A stretch of DNA of 64,000 bases from contig OZ220733.1 of assembly GCA_965116875.1 (NCBI GenBank), forward strand, positions 448,001 to 512,000, read 5' to 3'. Position numbers and translations under genes: made by a program. Of the stretch, positions 8,034-17,125 are shown one piece after another. Each line of letters starts with the position of its first letter. Position 1 is the first letter of the stretch. Under the pieces are notes generated by a model that did not search any database, was not told where the DNA came from, and saw only the letters and a list, made by a program, of their open reading frames with translations. The DNA comes from Candidatus Latescibacterota bacterium. Lineage in GTDB: Bacteria; Latescibacterota; UBA2968; GCA-2709665.

Positions 8034-11000
8034 ATGCTGCGCAAACTCGGCGGCGTGATCCTTTGGCTGATCGCGATCTTTATGCTTTCGTCGGTTACCG
8101 TGTTCAATCCGGGACAGGTAACCGACTTTTTCGTTCGTGTATTCAATATCAGGCCGAGCGTGCCCCAGTTGCGTGAGGAAAGACCCTCCCTGAGGGACCG
8201 GCGCATCCAGGATTTCGCCAATCAGATCTCGGAGGATCGACTTCGGGAAACCGTATCCGCTCTGGCGGGGATGGGATCCCGCGTGCCAGGGTATCCGGGG
8301 CACAGGAAGGCCTTCGAATACGTCAGGAACCGTTTCGAAGTTCTGGGCCTGGAAGATATAACGGTCGAGGAACACCACGTTACGGTGCCGATCGACAAGG
8401 GCGCGACCCTGAAGGTCCAGGAGACCGGCGTCGCAATCCGGCTGTACGGACTCTGGCCCAATCATGTGCAGACGTCTTCCCTGCCCGATCAGGGCGTTAC
8501 CGGCGCGTTGATCGACGCGGGAGACGGCTCCTTCAAGGCGCTGAATTCGAAGCCGATGAAGAACAGCATCGCGTTGATGCAATTCGATTGCGGTCAGAAC
8601 TATCTCAATCCCCGCATGCTGGGCGCGCAGGCCATCATTTTCTACGATAACGGCGGCGTGAGCAGAGGACAGGCACTGGAGAAAATCCTCCAGGTACCGG
8701 TTGACGTACCGAGGTTCTGGGTGGAAAAAGACGACGCGGTGCGTCTTGCGGAACTGGCGGAGTCCGGCGCCACGCTCGTTAACGTTACGTCGAGAATGGA
8801 TTGGGAAAAGGTCCCCACCTGGAACGTCCACGCCACCCTGCCCGGCTCCGAAGATTACGTCACCGAGCGTGAAGAGCGGAAGTGGAAGGACGAGATGGTT
8901 GTCCTGAGTTCATTCTACGACGCCATCTCCGTCGTGCCGGCACTGGCCCCCGGCGCGGAGAACGCCACGGGGCTGGCCGCCCTTTTGGAAGTCGCGGCAG
9001 CGTTGAAAGATCAATCCTGGCTGGTCGATTCCTCCCGGCTTGCGCAACTGCCGAGGTATACGGTCAAATTCCTGGTGACGGGCGCCCATTTCCAGGGGCT
9101 GGCCGGCATCAACGATTTTCTTTTCCGGCACTCTCGGGAAAGCGACCACTTCCGTGAGAAGATACCGGACGAGGAGAAAATCGATTTCCGCCTGTACGTC
9201 GGGTTCGACCTGTCGAGCGAAACGGACCGGATCGCGAGTTTCTCACACGGTACGTTTATCAATCCGAACTGGTCTACCAACAATTACGAAAACAACCTGC
9301 TGGCGCCCTATGCGAAGAAATTCAACAAATACCTGGCCAAAGTCTATCCCGGCGAGGAACGCCACGTCGACGCCGTTGCGCCGCCGAAGAGGACCTGGAA
9401 GAACTACATGCCCATCAGGCTGGGATTCGACAGCGAAGCGGTCAAATTCGTCGGCAAGGAGGGAATTACGCTTGCGAGCCCGTCCACAACGCGCGAGAGG
9501 GTGGATACGCCCGCGGACCGGCTGGATCACGTCAACTTCAACAATCTTGCCCACCAGACGCGCACAGCAACGGGCATGCTGCTGAAAGCTCTGGAAGATC
9601 CCGAGTTCTTCAGGGTGTCCAAACTCAAGCTGCAGGATCTCGGGCACAGTATGAAGGGTCGAATCCTCTGGTTCGAACGGGATGCCGATTTCGCAATTCC
9701 ACGCGTACCCGTTCCGGGGGCCATCGTCACGTATCAACAGCCCGGACCGGTTGCGAGTTGCGGCGGAGTCCGCACCCTTATTGTGGACAAGACCACGGAA
9801 GGTCCCAGGTACGTAAGCGATCGCTCCACAGGGCCCTTGTTTGGCACAAAAGAGGAAGTGGATGCCACCGGCAGGTTCCGGTTCGATATCATGCGCAACC
9901 GGTTTACGAATCAGATACTGGCGTTTGAAATCGACGACAATGGCCGAATCATCTCGGCGCCGGACCTGGGCACGGAGGGCGAAGAGAAGTTCCCGACCAG
10001 GCAGGGCTACGGATGGTGGGAAAACGAGATGCTGGCGGTCCTTTTCAAGTGCCGGTCTCTCAGCGTGTTTGAAATCATCGATTCCAGCTACCTTTCCGCC
10101 CTCGATTTCATGACCGTGTTGAATGCGGGCGATTCACAGCCGATGGAATACGGTTATTACTATATTGAAAATCAGAGTATCAAAGAGGGCGACGTCACGC
10201 GGGCTGCGGTCGCGTTTACCGCCATGAACCCCACGACCGGGAGTCCCGATCCCATCAAGATTCTGATGAGTACGGGCCTTTTCGGCGTGAAATACCTGTT
10301 GACCAACGCACCTGAGGAGTTGCTGGAACAACCGGTGGACAAGTGGGAGGTGGACGACGAATTGCTGGAGCGGTCCCGGGGCGCGGGTTATCCGCCGGGC
10401 GTGATTCTTTACCCGTCCTACAAGGCCGCCAAGGATATGTGGGTGGTCGACGACATCCGGATGAAGCAGCTTGCCCAGTACGGAATCACGAACGCGCGGC
10501 TGGAGAAGCTGCACACGCACGCGGCGGACGCTTTGAAGCGGGCGCGGGAGAATCTGGCCGACTACGACTACGAAGGGTTTATCGCCGCGTCCAGAGAGGC
10601 GTGGGGTCTGGAAGCGCGCGGGTACCCCGAAGTCATGTCCACTGCAAACGACACGGTACGCGGGATAATCTTCTATTTCATTCTCCTGCTTCCGTTCTCC
10701 TTCTTCTGCGAGCGGCTGCTTTTCGGATTCCCGGATATCACCCGCCGTCTGGTCGGCTTTGCAGGAATCTTCGTACTGTTTTTCATCATCCTTCGATACG
10801 TGCATCCGGCCTTCAAGCTGAGCAGCACGCCCTACATAATCTTCCTGGCATTTGTGATCATGTCGCTTGGCGGCATTGCGATGTTCATTGTCGTTTCCAA
10901 GTTCGGCGAGGAAGTCAGGAAAATGAAACAGGCCTCCGCGGGCACGTACGAGGCGGACGTGGGACGGTTGAGCGCGACTGCCGCATCCATCATCCTGGGC

Positions 11001-12830
11001 ATTTCCAATCTGCGAAAACGACCTCTCCGCACGGGACTGACTGCGATTACCCTGACGTTGCTTACGTTCACGGCCCTTTCGTTTACATCGGTGCAGACGT
11101 CCATCAAATTCTATCGATTGCCGAGGGATAACCAACCGCCGTACCAGGGCGGCCTGGTACGGGATCGATCCTGGAGAGGATTGCAGGAATCCGTGCTTCA
11201 ATACCTGACCAGCGCATTCAAGGGCCGTGCGACCATCGTTCCACGCGCATGGTATCTTTCGCAGGTTCGCGGGGAACGGGCATACGTCAATTTTTCGCGG
11301 ATCACGGACCAGACTTCCTACCTGGGTTCAAGGGATACCTACGTCGATTTTGACGTTGGTATCACCACCGGAAAAGACAGCTTTGTCAACGGCTTGCTGG
11401 GACTCACGGCGGACGAACCCCGAATTACCGGCGTGGACCGATACCTGATGAGCGGACGATGGTTCGAACCCGGAGAGACGAATGTGTGCATTCTCCCGAA
11501 CGATCTCGCGGAACTGGTGGGTATCTTCCCGGAAGACGCCGGGAGTGCGAAGATCGAAATGCTGGGTGGCGTCTTCACCGTGATCGGAATCATGGACTCC
11601 GAGGGATTCAACAAATACAAGGATATGGACGACGAAAAGCTCACGCCGGTTGATACCGTAAAGGAGAAGGACGACCTGGCAGACGCCCAGGACCAGGATC
11701 CGAGGGTTGTCGCAGCGGCGCCGATCGAGACGTTCACGCACCTGGAATCGACCAACGTGATGATCCTGCCTTATGACTACGTCCGCAATATCGGTGGCAC
11801 TCTGAACTCCGTCGCCCTGGCGAACTTCGTGGATGCCCAGGGCAATGCCAGGACGAACTTCCTGCCGGACGTCGAAGAATTCATGACGCGGGTATCCCTG
11901 ACGATGTTCGTGGGCCACGAAAACAAAGTCACGGTTTACAGTTCCATCGGTTCGACCTCTCTATCGGGATTGGGCACGCTCTTCATTCCCATTCTGATTG
12001 CCGCGCTGATCGTGCTGAATACGATGATGGGCGCGGTGTACGAGCGGTTCAACGAAATCGGGATATACTCGGCGGTGGGGCTGGCGCCCAATCACATTGC
12101 GGCGCTGTTTCTGGCTGAGGCGACGGTATTCGCCACGGTAGGCGCCGTGTTCGGATATCTGATCGGACAGGTACTGGTTCTTGTGCTGTTTACCCAAGCG
12201 CAAGCGCAGGGACAACTGCTCAGCCTTGAATTGAACTATTCTTCGTTATCGGCCATTTCGTCCACATTGATTGTCATGGCAACGGTATTCCTCTCCACCC
12301 TGTACCCTGCAAAAAAGGCCGCCGATATGGCTGTGCCGGACGTGACGCGAAAGTGGGAGTTTCCGGAACCCGAGGGCGACAGATGGGTGTTCGATTTTCC
12401 GTTTACGGTTGGCGGCGCGGAAGTCCTGGGAATGTACACGTATCTGACACGTGTCTTCGAGTCATACGGCGAAGGATCCGTGGGCGATTTCGTGGCCGAC
12501 TACGTCCGTTTCACCTCACAGGACATGCAGGGTGAACCGCAGTACGAAATCAATCTCACGTGCTGGCTTGCGCCCTACGACCTGGGCATCAGCCAGGAGG
12601 TGGCATTGCTTGCCATTCCAACCAGGGAACACAATATTTACAAGATCGAGGTCGTCATCAACCGGCTGAGCGGTGACGTGGCCTCCTGGAAACGGATTAA
12701 CCGGGGGTTCCTGAACGTCCTCCGGAAGCGATTCCTGGTCTGGCGAACCATTCCACCCGAGTTGAAGCACCAGTATGCGGACGAGGGCGCCCGCATTCTG
12801 TCGGACAAGGTGGAAGAGGCGGTTGTATAG
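8034..12830 (+). CDS. M28-peptidase-like / MacB-FtsX-type permease fusion protein (about 1,598 aa)
   Basis: AGGAG RBS; N-terminal TM; SRVPGYPG..AFEYV and APGAENATGLAALLE (M28-like); TM bundle; NLRKRPLRTGLT and VYERFNEIGIYSAVGLAP..I..LFLAE (FtsX permease motifs). Confidence 0.85.
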   Translation: MLRKLGGVILWLIAIFMLSSVTVFNPGQVTDFFVRVFNIRPSVPQLREERPSLRDRRIQDFANQISEDRLRETVSALAGMGSRVPGYPGHRKAFEYVRNRFEVLGLEDITVEEHHVTVPIDKGATLKVQETGVAIRLYGLWPNHVQTSSLPDQGVTGALIDAGDGSFKALNSKPMKNSIALMQFDCGQNYLNPRMLGAQAIIFYDNGGVSRGQALEKILQVPVDVPRFWVEKDDAVRLAELAESGATLVNVTSRMDWEKVPTWNVHATLPGSEDYVTEREERKWKDEMVVLSSFYDAISVVPALAPGAENATGLAALLEVAAALKDQSWLVDSSRLAQLPRYTVKFLVTGAHFQGLAGINDFLFRHSRESDHFREKIPDEEKIDFRLYVGFDLSSETDRIASFSHGTFINPNWSTNNYENNLLAPYAKKFNKYLAKVYPGEERHVDAVAPPKRTWKNYMPIRLGFDSEAVKFVGKEGITLASPSTTRERVDTPADRLDHVNFNNLAHQTRTATGMLLKALEDPEFFRVSKLKLQDLGHSMKGRILWFERDADFAIPRVPVPGAIVTYQQPGPVASCGGVRTLIVDKTTEGPRYVSDRSTGPLFGTKEEVDATGRFRFDIMRNRFTNQILAFEIDDNGRIISAPDLGTEGEEKFPTRQGYGWWENEMLAVLFKCRSLSVFEIIDSSYLSALDFMTVLNAGDSQPMEYGYYYIENQSIKEGDVTRAAVAFTAMNPTTGSPDPIKILMSTGLFGVKYLLTNAPEELLEQPVDKWEVDDELLERSRGAGYPPGVILYPSYKAAKDMWVVDDIRMKQLAQYGITNARLEKLHTHAADALKRARENLADYDYEGFIAASREAWGLEARGYPEVMSTANDTVRGIIFYFILLLPFSFFCERLLFGFPDITRRLVGFAGIFVLFFIILRYVHPAFKLSSTPYIIFLAFVIMSLGGIAMFIVVSKFGEEVRKMKQASAGTYEADVGRLSATAASIILGISNLRKRPLRTGLTAITLTLLTFTALSFTSVQTSIKFYRLPRDNQPPYQGGLVRDRSWRGLQESVLQYLTSAFKGRATIVPRAWYLSQVRGERAYVNFSRITDQTSYLGSRDTYVDFDVGITTGKDSFVNGLLGLTADEPRITGVDRYLMSGRWFEPGETNVCILPNDLAELVGIFPEDAGSAKIEMLGGVFTVIGIMDSEGFNKYKDMDDEKLTPVDTVKEKDDLADAQDQDPRVVAAAPIETFTHLESTNVMILPYDYVRNIGGTLNSVALANFVDAQGNARTNFLPDVEEFMTRVSLTMFVGHENKVTVYSSIGSTSLSGLGTLFIPILIAALIVLNTMMGAVYERFNEIGIYSAVGLAPNHIAALFLAEATVFATVGAVFGYLIGQVLVLVLFTQAQAQGQLLSLELNYSSLSAISSTLIVMATVFLSTLYPAKKAADMAVPDVTRKWEFPEPEGDRWVFDFPFTVGGAEVLGMYTYLTRVFESYGEGSVGDFVADYVRFTSQDMQGEPQYEINLTCWLAPYDLGISQEVALLAIPTREHNIYKIEVVINRLSGDVASWKRINRGFLNVLRKRFLVWRTIPPELKHQYADEGARILSDKVEEAVV

Positions 12831-12920
12831 GCAGGCACTAAGCCAACCGGATCGACGGCGACCGGCGGGCTGACCCGCAACCCGCGAGTGACTCACTGCT
12901 CCCAACGAGGAGAGGCAGTT

Positions 12921-14969
12921 TTGGCAATCGAACCCAAGGATCCCAGGGAAGACCAGGAACAGTACGAAAACATCATGCCGGTGGACGCGCCGTTCGAAGA
13001 TGGCTTCAATATGAAGACCTTGTGGGCGACGCTCTTCGTGGGTCTGGTGATGCTGCCCGGCGCCATCTATCTCGGGCTGGTTACCGGGCAGAACATGGCG
13101 GGCGCGTCCGAATGGGTGACCATCATCCTGTTCCTGGAAATCGCCAAGAGATCCTTCGTGCGGCTGAAGACCCAGGAAGTCCTGGTCATCTACTGGGTTG
13201 CCGGCGGATTGCTGGGCGTGGGCGTTCGACTGGGCAGCGCGGCACTGGTGTACGGGGGTCCGTTCGGCGGATTGATCTGGGATCAATATCTTATCCAGTC
13301 TCCCGCGGCGAGGGGGCTCGCGGATTTCATCCCTGACTGGGTGGTGCCCAGAATCAGCGAACATCCCGAGATTTACGCCGAACGTACGTTTCTGCACGCC
13401 GCATGGTTGAAGCCGATCGGCATCCTCGTTGCATTGACGCTGCTTAGCAATACCGCGAGACTGTCGCTTGGGTACGTGATGTTTCGAATTACCAGCGACA
13501 TCGAACGGTTGCCGTTTCCGCTGGCGCCCGTGCAGGCACGCGGGGCAACCGCGCTCGCCGAGACGTCGGCCAAGCAGGAAGGCTGGAGATGGCGGGTATT
13601 CAGTACCGGAGCGTGCATCGGACTGGTCTGGGGCCTTCTGTACGTTGTCGTCCCCACTCTTTCCAGTATTTTCCTGACCGATACGGTTCAGATCCTGCCC
13701 ATTCCCTGGATCGATTTCACGGAACAGATCAAGACCATCCTGCCTGCGGCGCTGTTTGGAATTGCGACCGACCTGGGCCACCTGATCGTCGGGTTCGTGT
13801 TGCCGTTCTGGGTGGTCATCGGATCTTTCGCCGGCGCCGTTCTGGGGAACCTGGTCGTAAACCCGTTCCTTTACAGATGGGAAATCCTGGACCGCTGGTC
13901 CGCGGGCATGACGGCGATCCCGACGTCGATCTCCAACCAGTTCGACTTCTGGCTGAGTTTTGGAATCGGCACGTCTTTCGTCATCGCGTTCACCGGATTC
14001 TACCAGGTGTTTCGGGTGCTTATGGAGCAACGCCGCCAGAAACAGCAGACAGGGCATCATACGTCCGGCATTGACCTCGAGGACCTGCCGGAGGGCCGCT
14101 CGGACATAAAGATGGTCTACCCGATTCTGTTCTGGGGCGCCGCCACGTTGGGCTTTATCGTTATGTGCCAGATGCTTGTTCCGGAATTCCACTGGGGCTG
14201 GGTGGTGTTTTTCGGGCTCATCTACACCCCGATTTCCTCCTATATCGGCGCTCGAATGATCGGTCTGACCGGAAGTCCGTACGGGGCGAGTATTCCCTAT
14301 CTGCGTGAAGCGGGCATTCTTCTCTCCGGATACAAGGGGGTGGCGGTCTGGTTCGCTCCCCTGCCACTGCACGACCACGGCCTTGCCGTTCCAACGTATA
14401 AACAGATGGAGCTGACAAAAACGAAATTCGTCAGCTACGTGAAATTGACCGCGGTGACCATGGTCGTCATCTTCATCTTCAGCTTCATCTTCTGGGAATT
14501 CATCTGGCGGCTCGGCCCCATTCCGTCGTCGAGTTATTACTATGTGCAGACGTTCTGGCCGTACGACGCCACAATGACCACGATGTGGCTCAAGTCGACG
14601 ATGCCGGACCTCGAAGGGCATGGAACCGTCGGCGTCGAACTCCTGAAGGATATCATCAAGCCCCATATCATCGGCGCAGGATTTGCCGTTGGCGGTCTCA
14701 TGTATCTCATTCTGGCGGCGTTGAAGGCGCCCACGCTGTTCTTCTTCGGTTTTGTCGGCTCGCTTGCCACGTGGCCGCATTTCGTGATTCTGCAGTTTGC
14801 CGGTGCGCTGCTTGGACGTTACTACTTCTCCAGGCGTTTCGGGGAATCCAAATGGCGGGCGTACGCGCCCATTCTGCTGGCCGGATACTACTGTGGAATG
14901 GGGCTCATCGGAATGACTTCGGTTTCCGTTGTGCTGATTTCAAAAGCCGTTTCGCAGGTTGTCTTCTAG
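12921..14969 (+). CDS. OPT-like polytopic membrane transporter
   Basis: GAGGAGAGG RBS followed by TTG; roughly 14-17 hydrophobic segments; ERLPFPLAPV motif resembling OPT/DUF6785 proteins. Confidence 0.75.
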   Translation: MAIEPKDPREDQEQYENIMPVDAPFEDGFNMKTLWATLFVGLVMLPGAIYLGLVTGQNMAGASEWVTIILFLEIAKRSFVRLKTQEVLVIYWVAGGLLGVGVRLGSAALVYGGPFGGLIWDQYLIQSPAARGLADFIPDWVVPRISEHPEIYAERTFLHAAWLKPIGILVALTLLSNTARLSLGYVMFRITSDIERLPFPLAPVQARGATALAETSAKQEGWRWRVFSTGACIGLVWGLLYVVVPTLSSIFLTDTVQILPIPWIDFTEQIKTILPAALFGIATDLGHLIVGFVLPFWVVIGSFAGAVLGNLVVNPFLYRWEILDRWSAGMTAIPTSISNQFDFWLSFGIGTSFVIAFTGFYQVFRVLMEQRRQKQQTGHHTSGIDLEDLPEGRSDIKMVYPILFWGAATLGFIVMCQMLVPEFHWGWVVFFGLIYTPISSYIGARMIGLTGSPYGASIPYLREAGILLSGYKGVAVWFAPLPLHDHGLAVPTYKQMELTKTKFVSYVKLTAVTMVVIFIFSFIFWEFIWRLGPIPSSSYYYVQTFWPYDATMTTMWLKSTMPDLEGHGTVGVELLKDIIKPHIIGAGFAVGGLMYLILAALKAPTLFFFGFVGSLATWPHFVILQFAGALLGRYYFSRRFGESKWRAYAPILLAGYYCGMGLIGMTSVSVVLISKAVSQVVF

Positions 14970-14990
14970 TTTTGAAGGCCTGCGACGCAT

Positions 14991-15075
14991 TAGCAGCCCG
15001 TTGAAAAAGTCCATCCGGTCTACCTGCCAGGACTTCACTGGCAGACCTGCAGAGCGACTTTATCAACGGACTGTT
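14991..15075. repeat. Family B repeat copy with nested hairpin
   Basis: TAGCAGCCCGTTGAAAAAGTCCATCCGG...GCGACTTTATCAACGGACTGTT. Confidence 0.8.
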
Positions 15076-15178
15076 TTGGAACGCCGCCCGGATTCCGGTT
15101 GTCTAAGGAGCACCGTAGACGCCCGATCCGGGCCGAATTACATCCGCCCGGACCGAATCCAATCTCATGGAGGTTTCA

Positions 15179-15652
15179 ATGACACGAAGCGAAAGGACGA
15201 CATGTCTGGCGCTGATTGCGTTCATCGTATTGGCGTTTGCCGTGGATGCGGCGGCACAGCCTGACCGGCGGGGCGGACGTGAACGGGGTCGGCGCGGAGG
15301 CGCGGCCCGTATCAGAATGATGTTGCCCCTGGAGCAGACGCTGAGCTTTCTGGCGTTTAACGACAAGATTGCGTTGAAAGACGAACAACTGATTCAAGTT
15401 CGAAACGCCCTTATGGAGATTCATGGACAGCGGGCCGAACTGCAGAATGAAATGCGGAATGGCGCCGACCGGCAAAAAATCATGGAGAAGCTCGGCCGCC
15501 TTCGCAGTTCGATGTTTGAGAAAGTCAAAGAAGTGCTGGACGACAGCCAGGATGAGATTCTGGATGGCTATCTGGAGAGAATGCGGCGAGGGTTTCAACG
15601 CGGGCGCGGCGGCGGCCGGCGGGGCGGCGGTCCACCGGGCGGCGGCGTTTGA
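15179..15652 (+). CDS. Exported helical protein, Spy/CpxP-like, with Gly/Arg-rich ends
   Basis: GGAGG RBS; signal peptide ending AAA-Q; LKDEQ and LDDSQ resemble LTXXQ motifs. Confidence 0.65.
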   Translation: MTRSERTTCLALIAFIVLAFAVDAAAQPDRRGGRERGRRGGAARIRMMLPLEQTLSFLAFNDKIALKDEQLIQVRNALMEIHGQRAELQNEMRNGADRQKIMEKLGRLRSSMFEKVKEVLDDSQDEILDGYLERMRRGFQRGRGGGRRGGGPPGGGV

Positions 15653-15661
15653 GGTTTTCCG

Positions 15662-17047
15662 ATGAATCTACAGGAGGTTGGCGAACGACTCGAGAAGCCC
15701 TTCACGTTTGCCGTGGTGGGCGACACGCACTTCTTACATCCCAGGTTCGGACAACCAGCGGCCGGGACCGGCAGTTCGTTTCGGCCCCTGCAGGTCGACC
15801 AGTACCTCGAAAGCGTTCAATATGTCCTGATGCCGATGATGGATTCCCTGAAGGAGGTTTCCCCGGAATTCCTGGTCATAACCGGAGACCTGGTGGAGGG
15901 GCATCACGACGTCGAACTCGCCGTTGATGAGATCAAGGAAGGGCTGGAATTTTTCGAGGGATACGGGATTCCCCTCCTGTTCGCGTGCGGAAACAGGGAC
16001 CGGGTTGAGGCATTCGACAGCGTTGTTCGCCCGTATCTGGGGCGCTGGTTGGACAGTACCCCCAGGGAGCGGTATTTCTTTCTTGACGTCGCCGGCTGCC
16101 GGCTTGTTTTCCTCGACACCCCCACGTGGAAGAGGAAAGGCGCACAACGGAAATGGCTGGAACTCACGTTGAGTGACCGGGAGGCCGCTGGAATCGATCG
16201 GACGTTTCTGTTCGGACATCATCCCGTCTGGCCGCTTGCACGGGCCTTTTTCACCAACATCGACCTCCATCTCGATTTACCCGAAATTCTACAGAAACAT
16301 CCTGTAGACGCTTATTTTTGCGGGCATACGCACAATCAGAACGTGTTGCTTCACCGTACGGACGGCCGACCGGTTCTGCAATGCATGTGCGCTTCAATCG
16401 GCCTGTCCAGTGAGATGCCAACGCCGCTGGATCGTGTGCAGGACGTGCTGCCGGATCCCCAGGACGTGCTGGCCTGCTGGCCAGGATACCTTGAGAATAC
16501 GGCGCCAGGATGGTTTATCGTTCAGGTGGGCCCGGACTCGGTTGAAACGTCGTGGCACCACTTGAACAGAGGTGTTGAGACACGACTCGTCTGGCATCGT
16601 CCCGGAAATCTCTCTGCATTCGAAAAAATGGACCATCCGCCGGATGCCCGGCTGATTTACGACGACTTGAATCATATTCGGCGCGCTTCCCTGCGGTTGT
16701 GTGGATGGCATGCGCTGCGCCAGGACAAAAAGGTGTTCCTCAACGGCGCGCTGGTTGGCAACCTCCCTCCCGCGAACGACTACGCGCCGGTCCGGATGGA
16801 TTTGCCGGCGGAATGCCTTGAACATCTGCGCATGGAGAACCGGCTCGAGATTCAGGTGCCGCGGAACGAGGCCTGTACGCTGGGCAACTTCATACTCGAA
16901 GCGGTCTTGCCGGGTGGGAGATTTGTGCGAACCCGCCCCACGGGGGAAATTTTCACCTGGTCCGACAGATGGGGTGCGTGGAATTCAAGCTGGCTGATGA
17001 AGATGAAACCGGGACGGCCGGCTTCAACATTGTTGTGTTTTCAATGA
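15662..17047 (+). CDS. Calcineurin-like metallophosphoesterase with C-terminal beta-sandwich
   Basis: GDTH, TGDL, GNRD, GHH and GHTH motifs. Confidence 0.85.
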   Translation: MNLQEVGERLEKPFTFAVVGDTHFLHPRFGQPAAGTGSSFRPLQVDQYLESVQYVLMPMMDSLKEVSPEFLVITGDLVEGHHDVELAVDEIKEGLEFFEGYGIPLLFACGNRDRVEAFDSVVRPYLGRWLDSTPRERYFFLDVAGCRLVFLDTPTWKRKGAQRKWLELTLSDREAAGIDRTFLFGHHPVWPLARAFFTNIDLHLDLPEILQKHPVDAYFCGHTHNQNVLLHRTDGRPVLQCMCASIGLSSEMPTPLDRVQDVLPDPQDVLACWPGYLENTAPGWFIVQVGPDSVETSWHHLNRGVETRLVWHRPGNLSAFEKMDHPPDARLIYDDLNHIRRASLRLCGWHALRQDKKVFLNGALVGNLPPANDYAPVRMDLPAECLEHLRMENRLEIQVPRNEACTLGNFILEAVLPGGRFVRTRPTGEIFTWSDRWGAWNSSWLMKMKPGRPASTLLCFQ

Positions 17048-17125
17048 GTTGACCTGCCCTGCGTCAGCGCCACCCACACCGGTGCGGAGGATGCGTCGCC
17101 GGACCTCAGGAGTTCGGAAGTCTCC

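Noticed and set aside
12516-14780. 754-aa antisense ORF
   Set aside because: Shadow of the OPT-like gene caused by GC-rich codon bias; no recognisable motifs.
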